From assembly GCA_041495205.1 (NCBI GenBank), contig JBGQCF010000001.1:64429-128428 (forward strand): 64,000 nt of DNA, in the 5' to 3' direction. The DNA is from Gammaproteobacteria bacterium (GTDB taxonomy: Bacteria > Pseudomonadota > Gammaproteobacteria > Burkholderiales > JAHFRG01). The notes under the pieces are model-generated. The model saw only the letters and a list, made by a program, of their open reading frames with translations, searched no databases and was not told where the DNA came from. A program made the position numbers and the translations under genes. Of the stretch, positions 17,991 through 27,030 are shown piece by piece; the stretch's first letter is position 1; each line of letters starts with the position of its first letter.

Positions 17991-19307
17991 CTATACCGGC
18001 GTGTTTTGGGTTGGGTGCACAATAAGTCTTACTTCTGGCAGTGGAACGATCATCCTGCCGCCGCCGTCAAGGTACTCCCTGCATTTTCCGGCGATTTCGC
18101 TGAAGTAGCTCCAGGCGAAAATAAGCAAATAGTCAGGCGGAGATTCCTTGAGTATCTCATTGGAGCGGATGAGAAAATGAGACCCCGGCGTATAGTAGCC
18201 CCATTTCGCAGGAGCATCATCAATCAGGTATTCCAGGTGGCTATGGTCAATGCCGCAGTACTGTATGATGGTATTAGCTCTGCCGGACGCGCCGTAACCG
18301 GCGATGCTTCGGCCCTTGGCACGCAACCCTTCGAGGAGTTCCATCAATTTGGCTCTGCGGACTGCAATGTCGGCCGCAAAGCGGATGAAGGTTTCCGCTT
18401 TGTCAAAGCCGGCTGCGATTTCGTCTTTCCGCAACGTCGCCACATGAGGCGATATCACAGCGGCATGGCGCGAATTCTTCTTGCAGACGTAATAGCGCAT
18501 TGAGCCTGCATGTATCGGTATTGGTTTAACATCAAAAATAGTCATGCCAAAACGATCGAAATGGTTGGTCAACGCGATTAGCGAATAATAATAGAGATGC
18601 TCGTGGTAGATCATATCGTATTGCAGACCCTGGATGATCTTGCCGAGATAATGAACATCAAAGACGAATACTCCATCATCGCTCAGTAAATTAAAGATAC
18701 CTTGGGTGACCCCACAAATGTCGGGGATGTGGGCGTACACGTTGTTGGCAACGACCATGTCGGCATTTCCAAACTGACTGGCGATTTTATCGGCAACAGC
18801 TTCGCTGAAAAAATCGTTTATCACGGAAATCCGCGGATCATTAATCGCTTGAACAATATTTGTTGCCGGTTCAACGCCTATCAATGTACGGACGTGTTGC
18901 TCCGCGAGCGGCTTCAACAAGACGCCATCATTACAGCCGATTTCGACGACTGTCGAGTGTTTCGGGTCGAGAAAGCGCAATACCATCTCGCTTGCGTAGT
19001 CAACAAAATGCTCTCTGAGCGTTCGGGTTGCGGAGGAAAAATAGAAATAATTCCCGAACAAAATCCTGGGATCTACAACGTCGCAGAGCTGAACGGCATA
19101 ACAATCACTGCAGAAATACACGCGTAGTGGAAACAACGGCTCCTGCGAAAATTGTTCCGGCTGCAGAAAACCGCCGGCTAGCGCGACGTCACCGAAGTCG
19201 ATAATCTTCTCAAGAGATTGACTTTTGCAGAGCGCGCAGCGCGCGGCCTTGCCTTGAGGCGACTTGCTCTGGTTTTGCGTAAACGCCCCAAGCTTAGTCA
19301 TGGGCAA
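17991..19307 (-). CDS. Zn-ribbon SAM-dependent methyltransferase with C-methyltransferase-type C-terminal domain (TylCIII/KijD1-like architecture)
   Basis: 438 aa. CALCKS...FCSDCYAVQL is an N-terminal Zn ribbon, VVEIGCNDGVLL a SAM motif I, and a long C-terminal Rossmann-like domain follows. It has three paralogues in the window (53260, 55053, 62768). Confidence 0.7.
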   Translation of the reverse strand: MPMTKLGAFTQNQSKSPQGKAARCALCKSQSLEKIIDFGDVALAGGFLQPEQFSQEPLFPLRVYFCSDCYAVQLCDVVDPRILFGNYFYFSSATRTLREHFVDYASEMVLRFLDPKHSTVVEIGCNDGVLLKPLAEQHVRTLIGVEPATNIVQAINDPRISVINDFFSEAVADKIASQFGNADMVVANNVYAHIPDICGVTQGIFNLLSDDGVFVFDVHYLGKIIQGLQYDMIYHEHLYYYSLIALTNHFDRFGMTIFDVKPIPIHAGSMRYYVCKKNSRHAAVISPHVATLRKDEIAAGFDKAETFIRFAADIAVRRAKLMELLEGLRAKGRSIAGYGASGRANTIIQYCGIDHSHLEYLIDDAPAKWGYYTPGSHFLIRSNEILKESPPDYLLIFAWSYFSEIAGKCREYLDGGGRMIVPLPEVRLIVHPTQNTPV

Positions 19308-19347
19308 AAAAGCAACACCGGGAACAGGTGCATATGGTCAGAAAACG

Positions 19348-20868
19348 TTACTTTAAATTATTTCTTGCAGGCCGGAAAAAGCCTAGCAAGGTTTCGCGGT
19401 CTGATTCACACAACAGATATACCCATTCCCAGAAAAGCAGCAGGGACAGGCAAATGATGGTGAACATAATTTTTAGAATCAATATATTCACTAGGCTCAC
19501 GAGCCAAAAGCCTGCAAGGAAAAGCGCTACCACGATGAGCTTAGAAACCGGCTGATGATCTTTTATAATTTGTTCCGGCGCGGGCAACAACCTGTCAGCG
19601 GCGAAAAACAGAAGCGCCGCATCCACCGCGCAGCGGGCATCCCATGCAAATGCAACGCCCGCGATTCCAAACCTGGTCGCGAAAAACCAGACTGCCGCGG
19701 CGTACAGGGGCATTTGCACCGCCAGCAGCTTGGCGGTCACATCCGCCCTGCCCAAGCCTAGCAGCACGGCAAACGGAACCTGGGCCAGCACATTGATCAG
19801 CGTCCCGATCGCAAGCCATCTGGCGACTTGGGCGCTGTGCGCCGCAAAATCGGGACCGACCCATAAAAACAAAAGCTCATCCGCAGTGGCGAGAAGTACT
19901 CCGACTATCGGTACGACAGCAGCCAGCAGGTAATATACAGCGCGCCGCGACAAACCGCGAATCTCGCTGCGCCGATTTGCCGACATGGCACTGAAAACAG
20001 GAAACAGGGCTGCCAGTAAACTGGCGGAAAATATCCAAAGCTTGGTCACCACTTCGTAGGGCGTAGCATAATAACTTACCGCACTCACGGACACGAGGGC
20101 ACCGATCAAGAACCTGTCCAGGGAAACGATGACGGGATTGAGCATGTTGGTAATAGTTAGCCATCCACCGAATTTGACCAGGGGTTTCAGGAATTCGGTT
20201 TGAAACGTATAGCGGCTTTTGAGATCGGGAAGCTGGCGAAGGCATAAAAAAAAGTAAACTAGAAAAACCACGCCGCGGCTGATGATGATGACAGCCACCA
20301 CGGCCGCCAGGTTTTTGGTGAACAGCAACACCAGCAGCGGGGCAAGATAATTGACCGTACTGGCGGGTATCTTGACCTGGTTAACCAGATCAAAGCGGTG
20401 CAGCGCTTCCAGCACGCCGCGAAAAGCGGCCGTTAGCACGATCAACGGGACGGATGCGGCCAACAAATAAAACGAAATCTCGGCTTCCGCCACCAATTGT
20501 GCGGGAATCTTAAGGACGTCCGCTGTCAACCACGGCGTCAACAACCACAGTGCGAAGCCGCCGAGCAATCCGAGCCCCGCATGAAATGTGGCTGAAGTCC
20601 AGATCAGCCCGGGCAGCGCCCCGATTTTTTTGGTTTCGACATATTCGGCGACGAATCTAGTAGTTGCCAGGCCCAGCCCAAAGTCAAACAGCCCAAAATA
20701 TCCCATCACTACCCAAGCGAGGGCTAACAGCCCAAAGCGGTCAGTGCCCAGCCCCTTGATGATGAGCGGAATCGTAAACAGAGCTACTAGGACGGGCGCG
20801 GCCATGCCAAAAAAATTCCACAAGGTATTACGCGCGATCGGCCGTTTGTTTAAGACATTCACATCCAT
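19348..20868 (-). CDS. wzx: Wzx-type oligosaccharide flippase (MOP superfamily)
   Basis: 506 aa with about 14 TM helices. The N-terminus IARNTLWNFFGMAAPVLVALFTIPLIIKGLGTDRFGLLALAW is typical of polysaccharide-biosynthesis (Wzx) proteins. Confidence 0.8.
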   Translation of the reverse strand: MDVNVLNKRPIARNTLWNFFGMAAPVLVALFTIPLIIKGLGTDRFGLLALAWVVMGYFGLFDFGLGLATTRFVAEYVETKKIGALPGLIWTSATFHAGLGLLGGFALWLLTPWLTADVLKIPAQLVAEAEISFYLLAASVPLIVLTAAFRGVLEALHRFDLVNQVKIPASTVNYLAPLLVLLFTKNLAAVVAVIIISRGVVFLVYFFLCLRQLPDLKSRYTFQTEFLKPLVKFGGWLTITNMLNPVIVSLDRFLIGALVSVSAVSYYATPYEVVTKLWIFSASLLAALFPVFSAMSANRRSEIRGLSRRAVYYLLAAVVPIVGVLLATADELLFLWVGPDFAAHSAQVARWLAIGTLINVLAQVPFAVLLGLGRADVTAKLLAVQMPLYAAAVWFFATRFGIAGVAFAWDARCAVDAALLFFAADRLLPAPEQIIKDHQPVSKLIVVALFLAGFWLVSLVNILILKIMFTIICLSLLLFWEWVYLLCESDRETLLGFFRPARNNLK

Positions 20869-20891
20869 TGCTTTCCGTTATGAAGTAGTCA

Positions 20892-21179
20892 TCAACTTTG
20901 GTTCGACGCGGTTTTCAAGCGTGGAGCTCGCATCCAGGAACTTACGAATGCAGTTTGCCGAAGGGGGTGAAAATAATCACGGACGAAATCTATCGCCTTA
21001 TTTCGTCCAGCGCTGAATTCACCTTCAGTCATCGTGCGCATACGTTCAAGAACCGTTGCGAACTCGCGCTGGTTGGAAACGCGCCAGCAGAAAGCCGGGT
21101 TTCCCAACACCGGGTCGGGATTAATCGCATCCTGAAGGCGAAAATTAATAATCGGTTTGCTGGCCATCAGCGATTCCAA
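20892..21179 (-). pseudogene. C-terminal remnant of a paralogue of the 632-aa protein at 23263..25161
   Basis: VSSTVALESLMASKPIINFRLQDAINPDPVLG aligns by eye with FSSNSSSAGLDALLAGLSVVIFLDDEDFNHSPLRG near the C-terminus of 23263..25161. An in-frame TAG lies immediately upstream, and there is no room for the ~530 missing residues. Confidence 0.45.
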
Positions 21180-21300
21180 AGCGACCGTGGACGAAACCTA
21201 TGCATTGAGACTTACCAGCGACCCGATTGTCACTTTCAGTCAAAATAACTTGCTTAGTTTTTGTGAGACGCATAAGTAGAACTCATTAATTGAAGTTAAG

Positions 21301-22215
21301 TTACTTGGATTCCCTGTTTTTTTTTGATGTTTTCAATCCATTCGCTTTCTTACATAGATAGCTCAAATAACTTACAAGATAAAATAAATAAATTCGTAAA
21401 GATCTACGTGAGTAGAGTCGCATGGTATATTTTCTTGCCCGATAATCAGACGCGAGATGCTTTAAATACTCCATGTGTCCATAATTTGAAGAAGGAATAG
21501 GCTCTAACCAACAGCGCGCTCCGGAAACCACTTTCAGGCTAACCCCCCTACTTTTAAGGTGGTAAGAATGAATAACGTCTTCGTAATAAGCCTTGCCTTC
21601 AAATGGATAGAAATTCTCCAATACCAGATTTTTTCTGTGATGCATTACGCAACCCCCAGCCAGCCATTCAACATCGAATGATTCATTATTAGCGTTCTTC
21701 GGATCAATGCCGACAGGTGAACCGGATTTATCAATTTTCCCAGGCTGATAGCCGGCCGAGCCGTTCATGAGCCAATAATAGATTTTCCGTATTATTTTAT
21801 TTCTTTCAGGTTGCTTGTAAACGGATTCACCAGTTGAAAAGCTCATTAGCGATGGTGCAACAGCAACCTCAGTACCGAGTATCCTTAGAGTTTTCAGGAG
21901 ATGCTCGATACAATGCTCGTCCACAAGGATGTCGTCATCCAACTGCATTACGATATCATGCGATGCGTTTCGAAATCCAATCGCTCTTTGTGCAACCTGT
22001 CCCCTGCAGTCTGTGACGATTACCTTTACATTGCGGTAAGAGAAGTTCTGGACTTTGTGGGCTTCATTGGTAGGAATGCAGACGAGTATTTCGTCGGGGA
22101 CGATGGATCCACGATTAAGTACCTCAATCGTGCCTTTTAGGGAATCGTCTCCCAAGGTCGCAATGACCACTGTCATTGGGTATGGCTGTAAATTAAAACG
22201 TGTATCCGATATCAC
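21301..22215 (-). CDS. Glycosyltransferase family 2
   Basis: MTVVIATLGDDSLKGTIEVLNRGSIVPDEILVCIP and QLDDDILV (DxD) indicate GT2. The ORF-track start is a GTG, and Met-14 (22176) is an alternative. The gene is AT-rich. Confidence 0.75.
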   Translation of the reverse strand: MISDTRFNLQPYPMTVVIATLGDDSLKGTIEVLNRGSIVPDEILVCIPTNEAHKVQNFSYRNVKVIVTDCRGQVAQRAIGFRNASHDIVMQLDDDILVDEHCIEHLLKTLRILGTEVAVAPSLMSFSTGESVYKQPERNKIIRKIYYWLMNGSAGYQPGKIDKSGSPVGIDPKNANNESFDVEWLAGGCVMHHRKNLVLENFYPFEGKAYYEDVIHSYHLKSRGVSLKVVSGARCWLEPIPSSNYGHMEYLKHLASDYRARKYTMRLYSRRSLRIYLFYLVSYLSYLCKKANGLKTSKKNRESK

Positions 22216-22328
22216 GATCTTCCAATTAGTATCTTCTGAATCATTTGTCCAGATGGAGTTGAGTGTGCCTGCAATTTCCTGCAGGAACTAGGCACAGGGA
22301 GGAATGATGTTATGGGCTATTCCTGAAG

Positions 22329-23255
22329 TTATTGAGAAACCGAATGGAATAATTCCAGACGGCGTCCCTGTGCTTCCTGGGAACGCAGAGCAACCAGATA
22401 CTCGTCTAAACAGCCCAGCCCCCTTTCTAGCCTCTGCCGCGCCTTGGCGTTGTCCAATGACATATCCCGCGGGCGTTTGGCACGTAAATTCGCATGAGCC
22501 ACTTGACCACGTCGGATCAAGTCATCCGGCAGTGCAAAGCACTTGACCAGTTGAAGTGCGAACTCATATTTAGATGCCCGCTCATCCCCCACCAGATTAA
22601 AAATACCCGAGGCGCCGGACGCGGAAAGTTCATGGGATGCCAGCGCCAGAAAATCCGCAAGGATAGGGGTGAAATAAACATCATCGAACAGTGAAAGAGG
22701 CTTTCCGGCTCGCAGGTTGTAGATAATCCAATCGCTGAACGATTGTCGCTGGGCATGCCCCCAGCCAAAAAAATTTGTTCGCACGATAAGTGCCTGCGGA
22801 CAGGCCTGTTGAACCGCCCGCTCCGCGAGGAGCTTGCTTTGGCCAAACTTGTTAAGCGGCTGCGGTGGGGCATCCTCACTATAAGAGCTGCTATTGCCTG
22901 CAAACAGGTGATCCGTAGAGATGTGAATTAGTTTGATTTTCTTACTCGCCGATGCCAGCGCCACATTCCGTGTAATCTCGGCATTCGCCTGGTACGCCAG
23001 GACAGGAGCTTCCTCACAGCGGTCGACGTTGGTCAGCCCTGCCGTGTGAACAACCAGGTCAGGCGAGAGTTGGTCTAGTTGGTGTCCAAGTCGCACGGGA
23101 TCTTCCAGATCGAGCTTGCACGAAGTCGTTCCCGCCAGTTTAACGGAGTGCAGGTGCGTTCCCAGAATGACATCCCATTTATCACGCACTGCACAAGCCC
23201 AATTGAGTGCCAGCAAACCACTGCCACCAGTAAGGACAACACGCTGTTTCTTCAT
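22329..23255 (-). CDS. RmlD-fold sugar-nucleotide reductase family protein
   Basis: VVLTGGSGLLALNW, HISTDHLFAG and FGQSKLLAE (YxxxK position) fit the family. It is the full-length paralogue of the truncated gene at 48469..49107. Confidence 0.7.
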   Translation of the reverse strand: MKKQRVVLTGGSGLLALNWACAVRDKWDVILGTHLHSVKLAGTTSCKLDLEDPVRLGHQLDQLSPDLVVHTAGLTNVDRCEEAPVLAYQANAEITRNVALASASKKIKLIHISTDHLFAGNSSSYSEDAPPQPLNKFGQSKLLAERAVQQACPQALIVRTNFFGWGHAQRQSFSDWIIYNLRAGKPLSLFDDVYFTPILADFLALASHELSASGASGIFNLVGDERASKYEFALQLVKCFALPDDLIRRGQVAHANLRAKRPRDMSLDNAKARQRLERGLGCLDEYLVALRSQEAQGRRLELFHSVSQ

Positions 23256-23262
23256 TTTTCAA

Positions 23263-25161
23263 TCATCCGTTAATCCCTACTTCTGAGACTAATTTACGCC
23301 ATCGCGGCAACTGGTTGTCCACCCAGAAAAAGTCGCCAGCCGCAGGAGGAAATTCGTTGCGCCTACCTGCCTGCAGCGCGTGCGCCAATTCTTCAGCCGT
23401 GCTCGCAAACCGTATGCCCCCAACCCCGCGCAAAGGACTGTGATTGAAGTCCTCGTCATCAAGAAAAATCACTACGGACAAACCAGCCAGTAAGGCATCC
23501 AACCCGGCAGAGGAACTATTGCTGGAGAATGCCAAATCAAAATTCGGCATGATCTCAGCCAAAGGCGCATCCGTCAGCTCAAATGAAAGAGTTGGACAAT
23601 CCTCCCTTTCAATTGGGCAGACCGGGTGTGGTTTAAGCGTCAAGGATATTTCTGTATCTATCAAATGGGATGCGGCTTCAATACAACGGAGCATTTTGAG
23701 GGTTTGCTTGAAAGTGAAATCGCCAAGAATCAGAACTTTCTTCTGCAAGCTCTGAGCCTGGAGGCCCGCTGATGCCGGAGCATCGACAGGCTTCTTCAAC
23801 TTGCCGGAACCCAAAGCGGTCAAATATTGGAAACGCAAAGCCTCAACCTCGAGGAGTCGTTCAGGCGGATACCCCGCCTCGACGAATGCCTTCCAGGCCA
23901 TCGGGCCATTGACGGCCAAATGATTTGGTAATGGCTTAGCCCAGTTTCGCTTCGAAATCAAGCTGCGTGGGTCATCGAAGTTGTTCAAGTGCCAATAAAC
24001 CACGGTAGCATGCGGCACCCCGATAATTTCACCGTGTCCATGCCGTCGCCACGCGCGAAGCAGGGCACATTCCCAACCCTGATTCTCCCAAATATAAAGC
24101 CCGATTTTTTGGTTGGGCATGTTCTTGAGAGCGACATCGAAAAGCTCTACCCACAAACAGTTGCTAATAGCTGTTGAACCATTCAAAGAGGCTAGCCAAT
24201 CGCTTCGCAAGAGTGGCCATAGCCAGACAGCGGACCCCTTTGGATTGAAGGCGCGACTGATTTCCCTCAAGCGCCAGGAGACCGCATTGAGCCGGATCCA
24301 GTTTTTCAATGCCCGAAGCACAACGCTCCATGACAAGTATGTTTCCAGAAAGGTGTGATACCCCTGTTTGTAAGCATCATGATTAAACAGGCGCAGCCAG
24401 TTAAGGCCCGTCTTGACATCAGGAGTCCCAGGGCTGAGCAGAAAGTGGTGAATCCAGTTGGCACGCTTCCCGCTGTCTTGGAGAAGCTTCGGTAGCCCCT
24501 CCCATTGCCGGGGAGAGAAACGCCCCTTCGCACCGGAAGCCGGATCCAGATTAAAAAAGTATGAACACAGAAAGATGGTGTTGTTACCGGAAAACCATTG
24601 AGGCTTTTGGAGCTTGCGAAGCGGCCATCGCGTCACAAGATGTCTTAGGCTGATCAAGCCCTGCATTGAATATGGCAAGGCACGATAAAAGCTGCGCAGT
24701 GACCATTCCTGCCTGGATTTTTTCACCGGCCGCCAAATAAAGTTGATTCGAAGATTTTGGCATAACCTCCGGATTGCCTGAGCAAGGTTGCGATCAGAGC
24801 TGTCGAGAGTCAGCTCGGAGGGTTTCTCTTCAAGAAGAATTTCCTCCAGGGCCATCAAACGCAGACAACCATAAATTCGCGCCGATTTGAAAGGGCTTTT
24901 TTCAGACAACTGGGTCATCCACCAGAAGCTGAAGCCATCGCCCAGATCGAGATGCTCGACAATACGCTTGCCATCTATCTGGCTCTCACCCAGATCATGG
25001 ATAAATGCGAGGTACTTGGCCCTCAGGCGCTCGGCATGATCTTCCAGATATCGCGGGACAGAAGCGCCTGACGAACGATGGGCGTAGCTTTGCCAGTGCA
25101 ATACTTTTCCGATCGCACCAGGCGGATCGTGCTTATGATCCCAGACAATCACCGAAGCCAT
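23263..25161 (-). CDS. Large uncharacterised surface-carbohydrate biosynthesis protein (possible GT-B-like transferase)
   Basis: 632 aa with no motif I can assign firmly. The C-terminal region KKVLILGDFTFK...LKPHP...FDLAFSSNSSSAGLDALLAGLSVVIF looks like a Rossmann-type transferase end. An RefSeq-style 'surface carbohydrate biosynthesis protein' family may apply, but that is unverified. Confidence 0.4.
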   Translation of the reverse strand: MASVIVWDHKHDPPGAIGKVLHWQSYAHRSSGASVPRYLEDHAERLRAKYLAFIHDLGESQIDGKRIVEHLDLGDGFSFWWMTQLSEKSPFKSARIYGCLRLMALEEILLEEKPSELTLDSSDRNLAQAIRRLCQNLRINFIWRPVKKSRQEWSLRSFYRALPYSMQGLISLRHLVTRWPLRKLQKPQWFSGNNTIFLCSYFFNLDPASGAKGRFSPRQWEGLPKLLQDSGKRANWIHHFLLSPGTPDVKTGLNWLRLFNHDAYKQGYHTFLETYLSWSVVLRALKNWIRLNAVSWRLREISRAFNPKGSAVWLWPLLRSDWLASLNGSTAISNCLWVELFDVALKNMPNQKIGLYIWENQGWECALLRAWRRHGHGEIIGVPHATVVYWHLNNFDDPRSLISKRNWAKPLPNHLAVNGPMAWKAFVEAGYPPERLLEVEALRFQYLTALGSGKLKKPVDAPASAGLQAQSLQKKVLILGDFTFKQTLKMLRCIEAASHLIDTEISLTLKPHPVCPIEREDCPTLSFELTDAPLAEIMPNFDLAFSSNSSSAGLDALLAGLSVVIFLDDEDFNHSPLRGVGGIRFASTAEELAHALQAGRRNEFPPAAGDFFWVDNQLPRWRKLVSEVGING

Positions 25162-26057
25162 TACTGTGGCAACGGATCCAAGATAGCCAGGATTTCTCCA
25201 GGCAGCTTCAAGCGGTAGCGAAGCGCGCCGACATCATCAGATTTTCTTTTTCGAATGGAGAATGCTGCGAAACAAAGCCTTGCATAGGGTGTTACCGCCG
25301 TAACGGATGGCACTCCCCAGTAACCATACGCGTTAATTTCGGAAGGGTTGAACTTGAGAAGCTGCTGAATCAGGCCCTTTGCATTGAGAACGACATAGGA
25401 CGCGCGTTCACCCTCCATGATCCCGTCATAGTTGATAAATTGATAGGATCGATTGAAGTCACCACATCCTTCCTCGGCCGTCAGCCGGAAGGTTGAGACC
25501 AAATGACCGCCGGGAACAACGTGGTTCCAGGCCGCAGCCAGCATCTCGGAAAAACAAATATTCCAATCGACGCAACTGAGCGAAAAAACAACATCAAAGC
25601 GCTTGTCATGAAGCACATCCCGGCTTAAGTCTAATATATCCCCGCACAGGATATGTGCCTTGGGGTTCATTCTTCGCCCAGCCTCAGCGGCTGCCTGATT
25701 GATTTCCACGCCGGTGTAATTTTCAATTCCAAACCGGTCCCGGAGCGCCAGACCCAAGCCGCCACACCCGCAGCCTATATCGAGAATTGCGTCGTCACGA
25801 TCGAGACCCAGCTGGTCGATGATGACGCGTTCGGATTCATAGAACTGTTGCCATGCGACGCGATTCTGCGCGAAGTAGCGGGCCAGTCGATCCGTCTGAT
25901 AAACGATGTTTTTCACTGCTTCGGCGTGTTTCACTTGCGGGGAACGAGCGCTATTTGTAAAGGCTCCAGATTTCATCCGATGCCATGTGCTTTTCGACAA
26001 GCTTGATATCGTCCGGGCTATCGACTGAAAATGACTCAATGTATGGATAGGGCGCAA
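25161..26057 (-). CDS. Class I SAM-dependent methyltransferase
   Basis: ILDIGCGCGGLGLAL (motif I) and FDVVFSLS (motif II). The start is uncertain because the ORF overlaps the upstream gene by 107 nt, and Met-28 at 25976 is an alternative. Confidence 0.75.
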   Translation of the reverse strand: MRPIHTLSHFQSIARTISSLSKSTWHRMKSGAFTNSARSPQVKHAEAVKNIVYQTDRLARYFAQNRVAWQQFYESERVIIDQLGLDRDDAILDIGCGCGGLGLALRDRFGIENYTGVEINQAAAEAGRRMNPKAHILCGDILDLSRDVLHDKRFDVVFSLSCVDWNICFSEMLAAAWNHVVPGGHLVSTFRLTAEEGCGDFNRSYQFINYDGIMEGERASYVVLNAKGLIQQLLKFNPSEINAYGYWGVPSVTAVTPYARLCFAAFSIRKRKSDDVGALRYRLKLPGEILAILDPLPQ

Positions 26058-26721
26058 TGTACTGCCGAAAGGACATATCTAGAATGCGGTTACTGTCGCA
26101 GGCTTCGAGTTTTTCCAGGCGCGTCTCCGCATGCGCTGTAAACGCCTTGAGGTATTGCCAACGAAAAGCAAAAATACCGTAAATTCGACGCGCCATAAGG
26201 GCGGGAGAGAATTTGCCCTTGCAATAAGGAAGCGGTGCGCGAGACGTATAAAGCACCTCTCCGGCTTCGTTATGAATTATTTTGACGGTGTCAGGATTCA
26301 ACCATATCGATTCTTCAGTAATGTGCATTGCCAAGACCGTGCAGGGAATCGACGGATCTGCCCGCAGGGGAGAAACCACAGCATCGATCATGTCTGGCCG
26401 CATCATTGGCTCATCGCCCTGCACACACACGACAATGTCGCTGTCGCCAACAGTCTCCCCTAAGCGTTCAACCGCCTCTGCAACGCGATCAAGCGCTCGA
26501 GTGTGATGAGATCCAGTCATGACGACCGGGATGCCTTTCTTCTTTGAGAACTCTTCAATTTCATGGTCGCAGGTGGCCAACACCAGGTTATCCCATCCAC
26601 GGTACATTTTGGCGCGCAAGTAGACGTGCTCAACCATTGGACGGCCACGAATCGGATGCAGGGGCTTGCCAGGGAATCGCGAGGCCGCCATGCGTGCAGG
26701 TATGACACCAATTATTTTCAT
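25951..26721 (-). CDS. KdsB-like cytidylyltransferase (CMP-ulosonic acid synthetase family)
   Basis: MKIIGVIPARMAASRFPGKPLHPIRGRPMVEHV, VCVQGDEPMM and LEKLEACDSNRIL parallel E. coli KdsB blocks as I recall them (IIPARxxSxRxPGKPL, VQGDEPM, LExLEQLRxL). Confidence 0.75.
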   Translation of the reverse strand: MKIIGVIPARMAASRFPGKPLHPIRGRPMVEHVYLRAKMYRGWDNLVLATCDHEIEEFSKKKGIPVVMTGSHHTRALDRVAEAVERLGETVGDSDIVVCVQGDEPMMRPDMIDAVVSPLRADPSIPCTVLAMHITEESIWLNPDTVKIIHNEAGEVLYTSRAPLPYCKGKFSPALMARRIYGIFAFRWQYLKAFTAHAETRLEKLEACDSNRILDMSFRQYIAPYPYIESFSVDSPDDIKLVEKHMASDEIWSLYK

Positions 26722-27030
26722 TTTAATCTGTTAAAAATATGAAAGAGACTGGGCGAATCAAGATCCAGTAATTATTCAGCACGATTTTCGCCGGCTTTTT
26801 TAAAACGATATTAGTGGGCAACGGAATCCGCGGAGGTGGCCAAAACCACATGCTACTCGGGCCATTACGATCGTCCGAATGCCAATCCTAAATCGAATAT
26901 GCGCTAACCAGGGAACCTTATTTTTTCAACCCATTCTTTCCATGAAGCCTGATGTAAGTCTGGGTTGGATAAAGAACAATATGCTGCTCACACATGAGGA
27001 TTCTCTTGGGATCTGTTCCCGCTGTAATTC
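26722..27030 (-). promoter_or_regulatory. Largest intergenic gap inside the 21-35 kb gene block; candidate internal promoter region
   Basis: 309 nt with no credible ORF. On the minus strand there is a TTGATT-16 nt-TATTTT pair (26761-26756 / 26739-26734), but it lies only 12 nt from the ATG, so the assignment is weak. Confidence 0.2.

Noticed and set aside
21317-21325. T9 homopolymer (A9 on the coding strand) in the GT2 gene 21301..22215.
   Set aside because: It lies 6 codons before the stop (…TSKKNRESK*). A slip would alter only the extreme C-terminus, so a phase-variation role is unlikely.
26734-26761. A sigma70-like TTGATT / TATTTT pair upstream of the KdsB-like gene.
   Set aside because: The -10 element is only 12 nt from the ATG, which leaves no room for a normal leader and RBS. 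I kept it only as a low-confidence note on the intergenic region.
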